Positions 35,173 through 45,057 of a DNA stretch of 64,000 nt are shown here, one piece after another. This DNA comes from Vicinamibacterales bacterium (GTDB taxonomy: Bacteria > Acidobacteriota > Vicinamibacteria > Vicinamibacterales > UBA8438), in NCBI GenBank assembly GCA_965263195.1, contig OZ253664.1, positions 3,253,045 through 3,317,044 of the forward strand, read 5' to 3'. The first letter of the stretch is position 1, and every line of letters starts with the position of its first letter. Position numbers and translations under genes: made by a program. Below the pieces are notes generated by a model that did no database searches, was not told the DNA's origin, and saw only the letters and a list, made by a program, of their open reading frames with translations.

Positions 35173-36156
35173 ATGAGAGTATCGCGTTCGAGGAGCCGTC
35201 CGATGTGCAGACATCCCCGTGTCGTCGTCCCAGGACTTGCCGCGCTCTGCATGGCGATCGTCGCCGTCAGCGCCGGAGGACAGAATCAGGCTGACCGGTT
35301 CGCGGGCGTCGAGTTGACGACCGTGCCCGTGGCGGGCCAGGTCCACATGGTCCAGCGCCCGGGCGGAGGCGGCAACGTCGGCGTCTTCGCCGGGCCGGAC
35401 GGTGTACTGCTCGTTGATTCTCTGTTCGCGCCGCTGGCCGAGCGGCTGGTCGCCGCGGTGCGGCGTGTGTCGGACGGCGAGATCCGCTTCCTGATCAACA
35501 CGCACGTGCACCCGGACCACATCGGCGGCAACGAGCCGCTCGCCGGGATGGACGTCCTGGTCTTGGCCCATGACAACGTCCGGGTGCGGGCGCTGGAGCA
35601 GCTGCGGACCCCGCGCCGGGGAGGGCGCTTCTCGCCGCAACCGCCGGCCGGGGCGCGGCCGGTCGTGACCTACGACTCCGCGGCGAGCTTTCACTTCAAC
35701 GGCGAGCAGGTGCGGGCCTTTCTCGCGCCGGCGGCCCACACCGACGGCGACACTTTCGTCCACTTCCCGGACTCGGACGTGCTGCACCTGGGCGATGTCT
35801 TCCGCACCACGAGCTATCCAATCGTCGACGTCTACAACGGCGGGACGGTGGCGGGCACGATCGAGGCGCTCGAGACGGCGATCGCCATGGCGGGACCCCG
35901 GACCCGGGTGATTCCCGGTCACGGCCTGCACCTGGTGGGTCGTGACGCCCTCGTCGAGTTCCTCGACATGACCGTCGACATCCGCGACCAGGTGCGGGCA
36001 CTGATCTCCGAGGGCCGCACCCTGGAAGAGGTGATGGCCGCGGAGCCGACGGCCGCCTACGACGCCCAGTGGGGGCAGGAGGCGACGTGGACCGCGAACG
36101 ACTTCGTGCCGATCGTCTTCCATGAGCTCGGCGGCGGGTCGCTCTTCGTCCGCTGA
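35173..36156 (+). CDS. MBL-fold metallo-hydrolase, secreted
   Basis: HxHxDH motif (NTHVHPDHIGGN) and later HTDGD. N-terminal hydrophobic segment. The start is ATG 35173 or 35203. Confidence 0.8.
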   Translation: MRVSRSRSRPMCRHPRVVVPGLAALCMAIVAVSAGGQNQADRFAGVELTTVPVAGQVHMVQRPGGGGNVGVFAGPDGVLLVDSLFAPLAERLVAAVRRVSDGEIRFLINTHVHPDHIGGNEPLAGMDVLVLAHDNVRVRALEQLRTPRRGGRFSPQPPAGARPVVTYDSAASFHFNGEQVRAFLAPAAHTDGDTFVHFPDSDVLHLGDVFRTTSYPIVDVYNGGTVAGTIEALETAIAMAGPRTRVIPGHGLHLVGRDALVEFLDMTVDIRDQVRALISEGRTLEEVMAAEPTAAYDAQWGQEATWTANDFVPIVFHELGGGSLFVR

Positions 36157-36177
36157 CAGCGCCCGGCTGCGTCTGGC

Positions 36178-37452
36178 CTACCGCGGGGCGGTGAGCGTCG
36201 CCTCCGCCAGGGCGGCAATCGCCGCCAGCGTCGTCTGCGCGGCGTTCAGTCCCAACCGGAAGTCGTCGTCGGTGTACGTCCGGTAGAGGTCGGTGGGCTG
36301 GTGCCAGTGGGGGTTCCAGCCGGCGCCGATGTGCATGCCGCGCTCGTTCTCCCGCAGGCTGATCGACGGCGTGAGGTTCATGAAGGGGGTCGAGTCGGTG
36401 TTGGTCATGTGGGGTCCGACCGCCGCCGGGTAGTCGGTGGCGTACGCGTCGTTGGCGGCCTTGAAGCGGAAGGCGAGGTCGCGGGACTCGTCGGCCAGGT
36501 CGGAGCTCGACTGGAACTCGATGTTGATGTCCGCCTCGCGCCGCTGGTTCGGGCTGACCTCGCCGTCCGGTCCCGGCGCCCCGTGGTCGAACAGCATCAT
36601 GTCGTGCTGGATCATCCCCAGCCAGCGCGGCTCGGGGTAGCGGCCGGAACCGGGCGGGTCTTCCAGGCCCTGCCGCTCGCGGCGCTGCTCGACGTAGGCG
36701 CGGCTGCCGTTGAGTCCGGTCTCCTCGTTGTTCCAGAGCGCGAAGCGGATCGACACGGCGGTCTCGACGTCCGGCGCGCTGAGAATGCGCGCCAGCTCCA
36801 TCACCAGCGCGGTGCCCGACGCGTCGTCGTCGGCGGCTTCGCCGAACCCGTGGCCGTCCATGTGCGCGCCGAGGATGTACATCGCGTCGGGGCGTGTGGC
36901 GCCGACCTTGGTGCAGTAGACCTGCGACCGTTCTCCATTGGTCGGTTCCTCGAGGTTCAGCGCGCGCAGCGCCGCGTCCGGCTGGGTCAGGGGATCGCGG
37001 ACGACGCCGGTGCGCCGCCGAAAGCCGAAGATGGAGCTGCCGCCCGGACCGCTGCCGTTGCGTCCTATGCGTCCGCCCGTGGGAGTCGGCTCCGTCGGGT
37101 TCGGAGGGCCATCGCCCGCGCCGCGGGGTCCAGCGCGGTCGCCGCGCGGCCGCGGCGGCGGATCGTAGGTGTAGTGAAACCGCTCGGTGGGACAGCCGGC
37201 CGCCTCGAGTTGCGCCTCGATCCAGTCGACGGCTGCGCGGTTGCGGGCGGTGCCCTGCCGGCGGTCACCGAATTGCGTCAGATCCTTGATGACGGCCTTG
37301 TAGCGTTCCGGATCGAGCCGGCCGACCAGCTCCGCGATCGGGTCGTCCGCTCCGCCCGCGGGCGCTTGCTGCTGGCCGGAGACTTCGCGCCCGTTACCCG
37401 ATCCGCAGGCCACAAGCAGAGCCACCGCCGTTCCCGCCAACGTCGCACGCAT
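36178..37452 (-). CDS. M28-family metallopeptidase lipoprotein
   Basis: ATG at 37452. Lipobox LLVACGS. ILGAHMDGHG, DDASGTALVMELARIL, FALWNNEETGLNGSRAY, HQPTD. Only the last 424 aa of the 1521-aa tracked ORF are credible. Confidence 0.8.
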   Translation of the reverse strand: MRATLAGTAVALLVACGSGNGREVSGQQQAPAGGADDPIAELVGRLDPERYKAVIKDLTQFGDRRQGTARNRAAVDWIEAQLEAAGCPTERFHYTYDPPPRPRGDRAGPRGAGDGPPNPTEPTPTGGRIGRNGSGPGGSSIFGFRRRTGVVRDPLTQPDAALRALNLEEPTNGERSQVYCTKVGATRPDAMYILGAHMDGHGFGEAADDDASGTALVMELARILSAPDVETAVSIRFALWNNEETGLNGSRAYVEQRRERQGLEDPPGSGRYPEPRWLGMIQHDMMLFDHGAPGPDGEVSPNQRREADINIEFQSSSDLADESRDLAFRFKAANDAYATDYPAAVGPHMTNTDSTPFMNLTPSISLRENERGMHIGAGWNPHWHQPTDLYRTYTDDDFRLGLNAAQTTLAAIAALAEATLTAPR

Positions 37453-37463
37453 CGGTTGCTGCC

Positions 37464-40400
37464 CTACTGCCGCTCGGATAACTGCCAGCCGCGCCAGATG
37501 CTGTAGACGGCGGGGAACACCAGGAGCACGACGATCGCGGTTGCCACGACGCCGCCCACCATCGGCGCGGCGATCCGCTTCATCACGTCGGCGCCGGTGC
37601 CTTCGCTCCACATGATGGGCAGCAGGCCGAGGGTGGTGGTGGCGCTCAGCATGACCACGGGCCGGAGGCGGCGGGTGGCGCCGTCGAACACGGCCTGACG
37701 GAGCTCGGCGAGCGTCCGCAGGCGGCCTTCCTCGCGGGCCGTGTCGCAGGCGCGGTCGAGGTAGAGCAGCATCACCACGCCGGTCTCCGCGCTCAGGCCC
37801 GCCAGCGCGATGATGCCCACCCATACCGCGATGCTCAGGTTGTAGTCGAGCGCGTACAGCAGCCAGAACGTGCCGATCAGCGACAGCGGTACGGCAGACA
37901 GCACGATGAGGGTCCGGGCCACCGATCGGGTGCTGGCGTAGATGGTCAGGAAGATCAGCAGCAGGGTGATCGGCACGACGAGCTGCATGCGCTCCTGCGC
38001 GCGCACCATGTACTCGTATTGCCCGCTCCAGCCGAGGCTGTAGCCGGTGGGGATCTCCACCTGCGCGGCGACCGCCTCCCGGGCACGCTCGACGTAGGTC
38101 CCGATGTCGACGTCCTCGATGTCCACGTAGACCCAGGCGTTGGGACGCGCCTGCTCGCTCTTGATGGCCGGCGGTCCCTTGACGAACGACATGGTCGTCA
38201 GGTGGCCGAGCGGAATCTGCTGCCGGGTCGGGGTCTGGACGAGGATGTCCCGCAGGGCGGCGGGGTTGTCGCGCAGGTCGCGGCTGTAGCGCAGGTTGAC
38301 GGGGTAGCGTTCGAGCCCCTCCACCGTCGTCGTGATGTTCATGCCGCCGATCGCCGTCTGGATGACGTCCTGCACGTCGCCGACGGTCAACCCGTAGCGG
38401 GCTATCTCGTCCCGCCGGACCGCGAAGTTCAGGTAATTCCCGCCCATGACCCGCTCGGCGTACGCCGAGCGCGTGCCGGGCACCTGCCGCACCACGGCCT
38501 CGACGTCCCGGCCGACCTCCTCGAGGACCGTCAGGTCGGGGCCGGAGATCTTGATGCCCACCGGGGTCTTGATGCCGGTCGAGAGCATATCGATACGCGT
38601 CTTGATCGGCATCGTCCAGGCATTGGTGACGCCCGGGAAGCGGATGGCGCGGTTCATCTCGTCGGTCAGCCGCTCGGGGGTCATCCCCGGCCGCCATTCG
38701 TCTTCCGGCTTGAGCGTGATCGTCGTCTCGATCATGCTCAGCGGCGCCGGGTCGGTCGCGGTGTCGGCGCGGCCCACCTTGCCGAACACCTGTTCCACCT
38801 CCGGGAACGTGCGCAGGATCCGGTCGGTCTGCTGCAGGATCTCGCGGGCCTTGGTGATCGAGATGCCCGGCAGGGTCGTCGGCATGTAGAGCAGGTCGCC
38901 CTCCCAGAGCGGCGGCATGAACTCGGAGCCGAGCCGCGAGACAGTCGGCGCGGTGGCGCCCAGCGCCGCCAGGGTCAGGGCGACCACCGCCCAGCGCCAG
39001 GCCAGCACCAGCCGCAGCAGCGGCCTGTACACCGCCATCAGCAGGCGTGTGATCGGGTTGGCCTGCGCCGGCAGGATGCGGCCGCGAATCCAGTAGCCGA
39101 CCAGCACCGGCACGAGGGTTACCGAGAGCAGGGCGGAGGCGGCCATGGCGTAGGTCTTGGTGAACGCGAGCGGCTTGAACAGCCGGCCTTCCTGCGCCTC
39201 CAGGGTGAAGATCGGCGCGAAGGAGATGGTGATCACCAGCAGCGCGAAGAACAGCGTGGGGCCGACCTCGGTCGCGGCGCGGGTGACGATCTGCCAGTGG
39301 GGCAGGCGGCCGCGGTCGCGCTCCAGGTGCCGGTGCGCGTTCTCCACCATCACGATCGCGGCGTCCACCATCGCGCCGATGGCGATGGCGATGCCCCCCA
39401 GCGACATGATGTTGGCGTTGATGCCCTGCAGGTACATGACGATGACGGCCATCAGCACCGCCAGCGGCAGGGTCAGCACCGCCACCAGCGCCGAGCGTAG
39501 GTGCAGCAGGAAGAGGGCGCAGACCAGCGCGACGATCGCCATCTCTTCGAGCAGCTTCTCCTGCAGCGTGTCGATCGACCGTTCGATCAGCGACGTCCGG
39601 TCGTAGACCGGGACGACCTCGACCCCTTCCGGCAGCCCCGACTGCAGTTCCCCGAGCCGCGCCTTGACCCGCTCGACGACGTCGTACACGTTCGCGCCGT
39701 AGCGCACCACTACGATGCCGCCGACCACCTCGCCGTCGCCGTTCAGCTCGGCCAGCCCGCGGCGCATGTCCGGGCCGATCTGCACCGTGGCGACGTCCTG
39801 CACCGAGATCGGCGTGCCGGACTCGTCCACCCCCAGCGCGACGCGCCGCACGTCGTCGATACCCTGGATGTAGCCCTCTCCGCGCACCATGAACTCGGCC
39901 TCGGACATCTCCAGCACCCGCCCGCCGACGTCGTTGTTGCTGCGCTGCACGGCGGTCCGGATGCGCGACAGCGAAATGTCGTAGGCGCGCAGGCGGTTCG
40001 GGTCGACGGTGATCTGGTACTGCTTGACGAAGCCTCCGATGCTGGCGACCTCGGACACCCCCTGAACCGCGGTCAGCTCGTACTTGAGGAACCAGTCCTG
40101 CAGAGACCGCAACTCGGCGAGGTCGACGTCGTCGGAGCGGAGCGCGTACATGTAGGCCCAGCCGACGCCGGTGGCGTCCGGGCCGAGGGTCGGCGACACG
40201 CCCGCGGGCAGGCGCCCGCTGACGTAGTTGAGGTACTCCAGGACCCGGCTGCGCGCCCAGTACAGGTCGGTGCCGTCCTCGAATATCACGTAGACGAACG
40301 AGAAGCCGAAGAACGAGTAGCCGCGGACCACGGTGGCGGAGGGGACGGCCAGCATCTGGGTGGTGATGGGGTAGGTCACCTGGTCCTCGACGACCTGCGG

Positions 40401-40571
40401 GGCCTGACCGGGGTAGTCGGTGAAGATGATCACCTGCGCGTCCGAGAGGTCCGGCAACGCATCGAGGGGCATCGCCCGCAGCGCGTAGATGCCGCCGAGC
40501 GCGATGGCTAGCGCGCCGAGGACGACGAAGAAGCGGTTGCTGATCGACCACTCGATGACTTTGGCCAGCAT
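37464..40571 (-). CDS. cusA: Heavy-metal efflux RND permease, CusA-like (Cu/Ag type)
   Basis: 1035 aa with 12-TM RND architecture. The block GGIAIAIGAMVDAAIVMVENAHRHLE is typical of CusA-type pumps. Confidence 0.85.
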   Translation of the reverse strand: MLAKVIEWSISNRFFVVLGALAIALGGIYALRAMPLDALPDLSDAQVIIFTDYPGQAPQVVEDQVTYPITTQMLAVPSATVVRGYSFFGFSFVYVIFEDGTDLYWARSRVLEYLNYVSGRLPAGVSPTLGPDATGVGWAYMYALRSDDVDLAELRSLQDWFLKYELTAVQGVSEVASIGGFVKQYQITVDPNRLRAYDISLSRIRTAVQRSNNDVGGRVLEMSEAEFMVRGEGYIQGIDDVRRVALGVDESGTPISVQDVATVQIGPDMRRGLAELNGDGEVVGGIVVVRYGANVYDVVERVKARLGELQSGLPEGVEVVPVYDRTSLIERSIDTLQEKLLEEMAIVALVCALFLLHLRSALVAVLTLPLAVLMAVIVMYLQGINANIMSLGGIAIAIGAMVDAAIVMVENAHRHLERDRGRLPHWQIVTRAATEVGPTLFFALLVITISFAPIFTLEAQEGRLFKPLAFTKTYAMAASALLSVTLVPVLVGYWIRGRILPAQANPITRLLMAVYRPLLRLVLAWRWAVVALTLAALGATAPTVSRLGSEFMPPLWEGDLLYMPTTLPGISITKAREILQQTDRILRTFPEVEQVFGKVGRADTATDPAPLSMIETTITLKPEDEWRPGMTPERLTDEMNRAIRFPGVTNAWTMPIKTRIDMLSTGIKTPVGIKISGPDLTVLEEVGRDVEAVVRQVPGTRSAYAERVMGGNYLNFAVRRDEIARYGLTVGDVQDVIQTAIGGMNITTTVEGLERYPVNLRYSRDLRDNPAALRDILVQTPTRQQIPLGHLTTMSFVKGPPAIKSEQARPNAWVYVDIEDVDIGTYVERAREAVAAQVEIPTGYSLGWSGQYEYMVRAQERMQLVVPITLLLIFLTIYASTRSVARTLIVLSAVPLSLIGTFWLLYALDYNLSIAVWVGIIALAGLSAETGVVMLLYLDRACDTAREEGRLRTLAELRQAVFDGATRRLRPVVMLSATTTLGLLPIMWSEGTGADVMKRIAAPMVGGVVATAIVVLLVFPAVYSIWRGWQLSERQ

Positions 40572-40592
40572 CGGTGCTCTCCCGTCCCGTCG

Positions 40593-41945
40593 TCAGCGGC
40601 TCCGGTCGGCCGGCATGTCCGGCATGTTCGGCCCCGCATCGAGGCTGCGGATCGCCTGGGTGAGGTTGCTCTCGGAGTCGATGAGGAACTGCGCCGACAC
40701 GACGATCGTGTCCCCGTCGGCGACGCCGCCCAGCACCTCCCACACGCCGTCGCCCTCGCGGCCAAGGGTGACGGCGGCGACCTGGAACGTGCCGGGAGCG
40801 CGTTCGAGGACCACCAGATCGCGGGTGCCGCCGCGGATCACGGCCTCTTCCGGCACCGCCAGCGCGCCGCGCGCCACCGGCACGTCGAAGGTGACGTTGG
40901 CATACATCCCGGCGCGCAGCGACAGGTCGGGATTCTCCAGCTCGATGGAGACGGTCATCGTGCGCGTCTGCTTATCGAAGTGCGGATACAGGTAGCGGAC
41001 GAATCCCGTGTACGGCCGTCCGGGCAGGTAGGGCAGCTCCACGAGCGCCCGCTGGCCGACGCGCATCGCCTCGACCTGATGCTCGAACACTTCGACGTCG
41101 ACCCAGATCGTCGTCAGGTCGGCCATCTTGTATAGGTTCATGCCGGCCTCGACGTACATCCCGTCGAGCGCCTGATCCATCTTCTCGACGACGACGCCGG
41201 TGACCGGAGACTGGACCGACAGCGTGCGGCGCGGCGTCCGCTCGCGCTCCAGTGTCTCGATCTGCTCGTCGGTGATGTCCCAGTATTGGAGCCGCGCGCG
41301 CGAGGAAGCGACGAGCGAACGCGCCCGCTCGGCAATCGCCGGGTACTCCGACGTCTCGAGCCGCGCCGCGTAGTCGATCGCCTGCAGGTACTCCATCTGG
41401 GTGGTCACCAGCCGCGGGCTGTAGATATCGAACAGGATCTGTCCCTCCTCGACCGTCTCGCCGAGGTAGTTCACCGCCACGTTCTCGATCCAACCGTCGT
41501 ACTTGGTGTTGACCCAGGCGATCTGCCGGTCGTTGTGGGCGAGGGTGCCGACGGTGCGGATGGTCTGGGCGATGTCGCGGCGGGCGACCGGCTCGGTGCG
41601 CACGCCGATGCTCTGCACGAAGCCCGGGTCGATGCGTACCGTGCCCGGCGGCAGGCTGTCGGCGTCGCTCGCGTAGACGGGCACCAGGTCCATGCCCATC
41701 GGCGACTTGCCCGGCCGGTCCGACGTGAAGGTGGGGTCCATCGGCGCGCGCCAGTGGAGCACCTCGCGCTCGCTGCCGGCGGGCGGCGCGTCGGCCGGCG
41801 TTGCGGCAGCGGGCGCGGCAGTGTCACCGAAGGCGGAGAAGAGGAGCGCCGGCCACAGCCAGCCGGCGGGATTGACGGCCACCAGCGCCGTCAGCGCGAT
41901 GCCCAACCCGAAGCTCACGACGCCGGTTGCGGTCGCTTTCGTCAT
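40593..41945 (-). CDS. cusB: RND periplasmic adaptor, CusB-like
   Basis: HWRAPMDPTFTSDRPGKSPMGMDLVPVY metal-adaptor signature. Lipoyl/beta-barrel MFP core. Overlaps the upstream gene by 4 nt. Confidence 0.8.
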   Translation of the reverse strand: MTKATATGVVSFGLGIALTALVAVNPAGWLWPALLFSAFGDTAAPAAATPADAPPAGSEREVLHWRAPMDPTFTSDRPGKSPMGMDLVPVYASDADSLPPGTVRIDPGFVQSIGVRTEPVARRDIAQTIRTVGTLAHNDRQIAWVNTKYDGWIENVAVNYLGETVEEGQILFDIYSPRLVTTQMEYLQAIDYAARLETSEYPAIAERARSLVASSRARLQYWDITDEQIETLERERTPRRTLSVQSPVTGVVVEKMDQALDGMYVEAGMNLYKMADLTTIWVDVEVFEHQVEAMRVGQRALVELPYLPGRPYTGFVRYLYPHFDKQTRTMTVSIELENPDLSLRAGMYANVTFDVPVARGALAVPEEAVIRGGTRDLVVLERAPGTFQVAAVTLGREGDGVWEVLGGVADGDTIVVSAQFLIDSESNLTQAIRSLDAGPNMPDMPADRSR

Positions 41946-43276
41946 GGCGTCCTCCCGGTCCGGGGCACGCTCGTGCCGATCGCCCGTTCGAGGGCGGTCA
42001 GCGCGTTGAGGAGATCGGAGAGGTAGCGCGCGCGCATGGAGCGCACGTCGATCACCGTCCGCTCGCTGTCGAGCAGTTCCAGCACGCCGAGCTCGCCCGT
42101 CTCGTACGCGGTCTCCGTGGCGCGCAGCGCCTCCTCGGTCTGTGGAATCAGCACGGTGTCGAGCAGGTCGATCTGCCGGTCCAGGGTCTCCATGCGCACG
42201 ACCGCCTCCTGAACCTCCATCTCCATGGCGTTGCGCGCGGCCGACCGGCGCTGCGTATTCGCGCGCAGCTCCGCGTTCGCCTGCTCGACGCCGCCGCGGT
42301 ACTTCGCGCCCCAGATTGGCAGCGAGATCCCCAGCGAGACGGAGAGCGCGTTCCTGCCGTCGTCCGGCGGCAGGGGCAGGCCGGCCGCTTCGTTCCGCCG
42401 GCCGACGTTGGTCAGCCCGAGGCTCGCGGTGAAGTCCGGACGGGCGCTCTTCCTGGCCAGCTCGATGGAGCGCTCGCTGCCCTCGATGAGCGCGCTCGCG
42501 GCCTGCAGCTCGTGGCGGTACGCCTCGCCCAGGCGGTAGAGCTGTTGGCGATCGATGGCGGCCGCGGGCCGCATCAGCGGCGGCACGGCCGGCAGCGGCT
42601 CCTCCGGGGGGCGGTCGCGCAGCGTGTTGAGGTACGCCGCGAGCGTCGCGCGCTGCCGCTCCAGCAGGTGCCGCCGGTCGACGACCCGGGTGATCTCCGC
42701 CTGCAGCCGGATCACCGCCTGCTGCAGGCCCTGGCCCGTGGCATAGCGCGCCCGGGCCAGCGTCTCGTAGTGCTCCAGCAGCGACTGCTCCTCGCCGGCG
42801 AGACCGAGCGCGGCGTCAATGTAGCCGAGGTCGTAGTACGTCTCCTTGACCTGCGCGATGACGTCCCGCCGGGCCGCCTGGTACAGGTGGTGCAGCGCCG
42901 TCGCCTCCATCAGCACGACCCGGCCCTGCAGCTCCAGCGTGCCGAACCAGGGAAAGCTCTGGCTCAGCGTGACGCTGTTGAGCTGCGGGCCGACGCGCGT
43001 CTCCACGCTGCGCAACGCCTGCGTGAAGCTCACCACCGGGTCGGGCAACGCGGTGACCTGCGGCACCCGCTGCCGGGCCGCCGCGAAACGCGCCTGCGAT
43101 TCGAGCACCGCCGGATTGCGTTCCACCGCCGCGTCGATGTAGGCGCGCAGATCCGGCTCGGCGGCGTGGAAGTCGAGCGCGTCGTCCGGCGCCGCCGGTT
43201 GAGCGGCGGCGCACGTCGCCACGAGGCTCGCGGCGGCCATTCCGGCGGCGCAGCGCCGAGCGAGTGATGCATGCAT
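41942..43276 (-). CDS. cusC: TolC-family outer-membrane factor of the Cus-like pump
   Basis: Signal peptide, then two OEP-like repeats rich in coiled-coil heptads. First gene of the cusCBA-like order. Confidence 0.7.
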   Translation of the reverse strand: MHASLARRCAAGMAAASLVATCAAAQPAAPDDALDFHAAEPDLRAYIDAAVERNPAVLESQARFAAARQRVPQVTALPDPVVSFTQALRSVETRVGPQLNSVTLSQSFPWFGTLELQGRVVLMEATALHHLYQAARRDVIAQVKETYYDLGYIDAALGLAGEEQSLLEHYETLARARYATGQGLQQAVIRLQAEITRVVDRRHLLERQRATLAAYLNTLRDRPPEEPLPAVPPLMRPAAAIDRQQLYRLGEAYRHELQAASALIEGSERSIELARKSARPDFTASLGLTNVGRRNEAAGLPLPPDDGRNALSVSLGISLPIWGAKYRGGVEQANAELRANTQRRSAARNAMEMEVQEAVVRMETLDRQIDLLDTVLIPQTEEALRATETAYETGELGVLELLDSERTVIDVRSMRARYLSDLLNALTALERAIGTSVPRTGRTP

Positions 43277-43434
43277 GTGATCGTCCCTCTGTTCCATTCC
43301 GTGCGAGGCGACGTGCGTCCTCCGCCCCGTGCGGACCCCGAGGCGCCACTGGCGTGCGGGACGAGCGGCTCAGATGCGCGTCCCGAACCCCGGGGCTCAG
43401 GCGGAGAGACGACGACCGTGACGGAGGAGGACGA

Positions 43435-43785
43435 TCAGATCAGCAGGGCGGCGTGCCGCACGAACAGCGGCGGCGGCGCGGAGCGGGGACGGGGGTGGTC
43501 GGCGTGCAGCGGCGTGTGCTGCGGCGCGTGCTGCCCGCGGTCGACGGTGGGCGGCAATGCGTGACCCACATCCGGGGCGTGCGTTGCCGACGTCGCCGCC
43601 GCGGCGATAGCGCAGCAGGTGACCGCGGTCGAGGTGTCGCCGTGCTGCTCGGGAGCCGGCCGGTCGTGGCAGCTCGGCGCGGCGGGCGTCGCCGCCGCGG
43701 TGGCCATCAGGGGGCACACCACGAGGGCTGCCATCAGGGTCGAGCCGATGGCGGCTACGAGAGACCGGCGCCGCGCCAGCATCAT
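43435..43785 (-). CDS. Possible small secreted His/Cys-rich protein upstream of the Cus-like operon
   Basis: MMLARRRSLVAAIGSTLMAALVV.. is followed by SCHDRPAPEQHGD..CC..THAPDVGH..HAPQHTPLHADHP. Coding status is uncertain in this high-G+C context. Confidence 0.3.
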   Translation of the reverse strand: MMLARRRSLVAAIGSTLMAALVVCPLMATAAATPAAPSCHDRPAPEQHGDTSTAVTCCAIAAAATSATHAPDVGHALPPTVDRGQHAPQHTPLHADHPRPRSAPPPLFVRHAALLI

Positions 43786-43902
43786 GAGCCCATGGTTGCA
43801 CAATCCGGCCGCGTTTGCACGCGCTGCGATCGCGGTGCAGGCCACAGCCGCCGAGGGAGCCGCCGCGTGGATGACGATGCGCCAACACCGGGCGGCGCGG
43901 CG

Positions 43903-44037
43903 CTCGTTCTGGAGGAGCGCTTCACGCGGATCGCGGGTGACACGCTCACCTACGAATTCACGATGAACGACCCGGCTTGGTATTCGGTGCCGTGGACCGC
44001 CCGGCGCGCCGAGCAACTCCCCGCGCAGAGCCGCTAG
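43903..44037 (+). pseudogene. C-terminal remnant of a fourth 'YEYACHEGNYG'-family gene
   Basis: The frame reads LVLEERFTRIAGDTLTYEFTMNDPAWYSVPWTA. This aligns with LVERFTRIDEDNIDYQYTVTDPMEYTRPWTA of 8898..9845. There is no N-terminal part and the terminal CHEGNYG block is missing. Confidence 0.5.
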
Positions 44038-44234
44038 CGAAGGTACTGGCGAGCGGAGTCGGCGTCCGCAGGCTCCCGGGCGCCGAGAATCGAGAGCGGG
44101 CTATCTCGCGGCGTCCTCCGCGGCGCGTTCCTTGGCATTCTTGTGGATGTCCACTCGATCCTCCTTCCGGGAAACGGTTGCCTTGACAACGTCAGTTTCC
44201 TCGGTCGGGGTCGAGTGGGCACCCTGTCGAAAGA

Positions 44235-44525
44235 TCACGCCTGGCCGGCGGACAGCAATGCACGTTTGACCGCCTCCGGTTCGCGTTCGATTACACGCAG
44301 CAGAGTTGCGGCGGGGCCGCTGACCCGGCGTGCCCCCTGTTCCCATTTCCGGTAGCCGGAAAGGCTCATGCCCATCAGCGGCGCCATCTGTGCCTGCGTG
44401 AGGTTCGCATGCTTCCGAACCTCGCGCGGGGTCACGGGAGCGTGGACGATGGCGGGACCGTCGCCCCGTGCGTGAGCAAGAGCCTCATTGAGAGACTGGA
44501 TCAGATCGTCGCCCAAAGTGCTCAT
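44235..44525 (-). CDS. XRE-family HTH protein, antitoxin-like (COG2944-type)
   Basis: ATG at 44525. ..TPREVRKHANLTQAQMAPLMGMSLSGYRKWEQGARRVSGPAATLLRVIEREPEAV. No recognisable toxin gene lies beside it. Confidence 0.7.
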   Translation of the reverse strand: MSTLGDDLIQSLNEALAHARGDGPAIVHAPVTPREVRKHANLTQAQMAPLMGMSLSGYRKWEQGARRVSGPAATLLRVIEREPEAVKRALLSAGQA

Positions 44526-44583
44526 TTCGTTTCCTTCCGTGTGGCCCTGAGCGCGGATGCGGATACCAAGGCCTGCGCCGCGG

Positions 44584-44934
44584 TCACCCGGTGCTGCCGC
44601 GCTTGTCCTCTTCCTCCTCCCTCCGCGCCTGTGCAAGCGCGGACGCGAAGCTCCCGGCGGGAGCGGCAACTAGGCCGAGCCCAACGAGCAGAATGAGGAC
44701 CGTGAAGATCCGGCCGCCAAGCGTAATTGGATACATGTCGCCGTAGCCGACTGTCGTCAAGGTGACGAATGCCCACCAGAGGCTGTGAAACACCGACGCG
44801 AACAGCTCGGGCTGGCTGTCCTTCTCGAAGTAGTAGATCCCGACCGCGGCCAGGAAGATCAGGACGATCGCCACGCTGAGAAACAGGATCAGCTCCTCGC
44901 GCATGATGAGCAGCGCGCGGCGCAGCCGGAGCAT
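44584..44934 (-). CDS. Minimal two-TM potassium channel (pore-only)
   Basis: 116 aa with two hydrophobic helices flanking the selectivity filter TLTTVGYGD. Confidence 0.8.
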   Translation of the reverse strand: MLRLRRALLIMREELILFLSVAIVLIFLAAVGIYYFEKDSQPELFASVFHSLWWAFVTLTTVGYGDMYPITLGGRIFTVLILLVGLGLVAAPAGSFASALAQARREEEEDKRGSTG

Positions 44935-45057
44935 GACGCGGCCGTAGCGTGTCAGTGTCCTCCACCATGCGTTTGAAGTCCATGCCGCATCATCCCGCAG
45001 GCCCCCGGCAGGTTGCAGCCGGGCCTCCAGCGGTAACCGCGGCTTCCGACCCGCGGC

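Noticed and set aside
37453-40743. N-terminal ~1100 aa of the 1521-aa ORF 36178..40743 (-)
   Set aside because: Only the last 424 residues (M28 peptidase, from ATG 37452) are protein-like. The upstream part is an alternative frame of the CusA-like gene and is Arg/Gly/Pro-rich.
44101-44238. 45-codon ORF overlapping the XRE-type gene stop by GTGA as its missing toxin
   Set aside because: The highly charged product (..TEETDVVKATVSRKEDRVDIHKNAKERAAEDAAR) has no resemblance to RelE/HigB/MqsR-type toxins, and the ORF is too short to trust in this G+C context.
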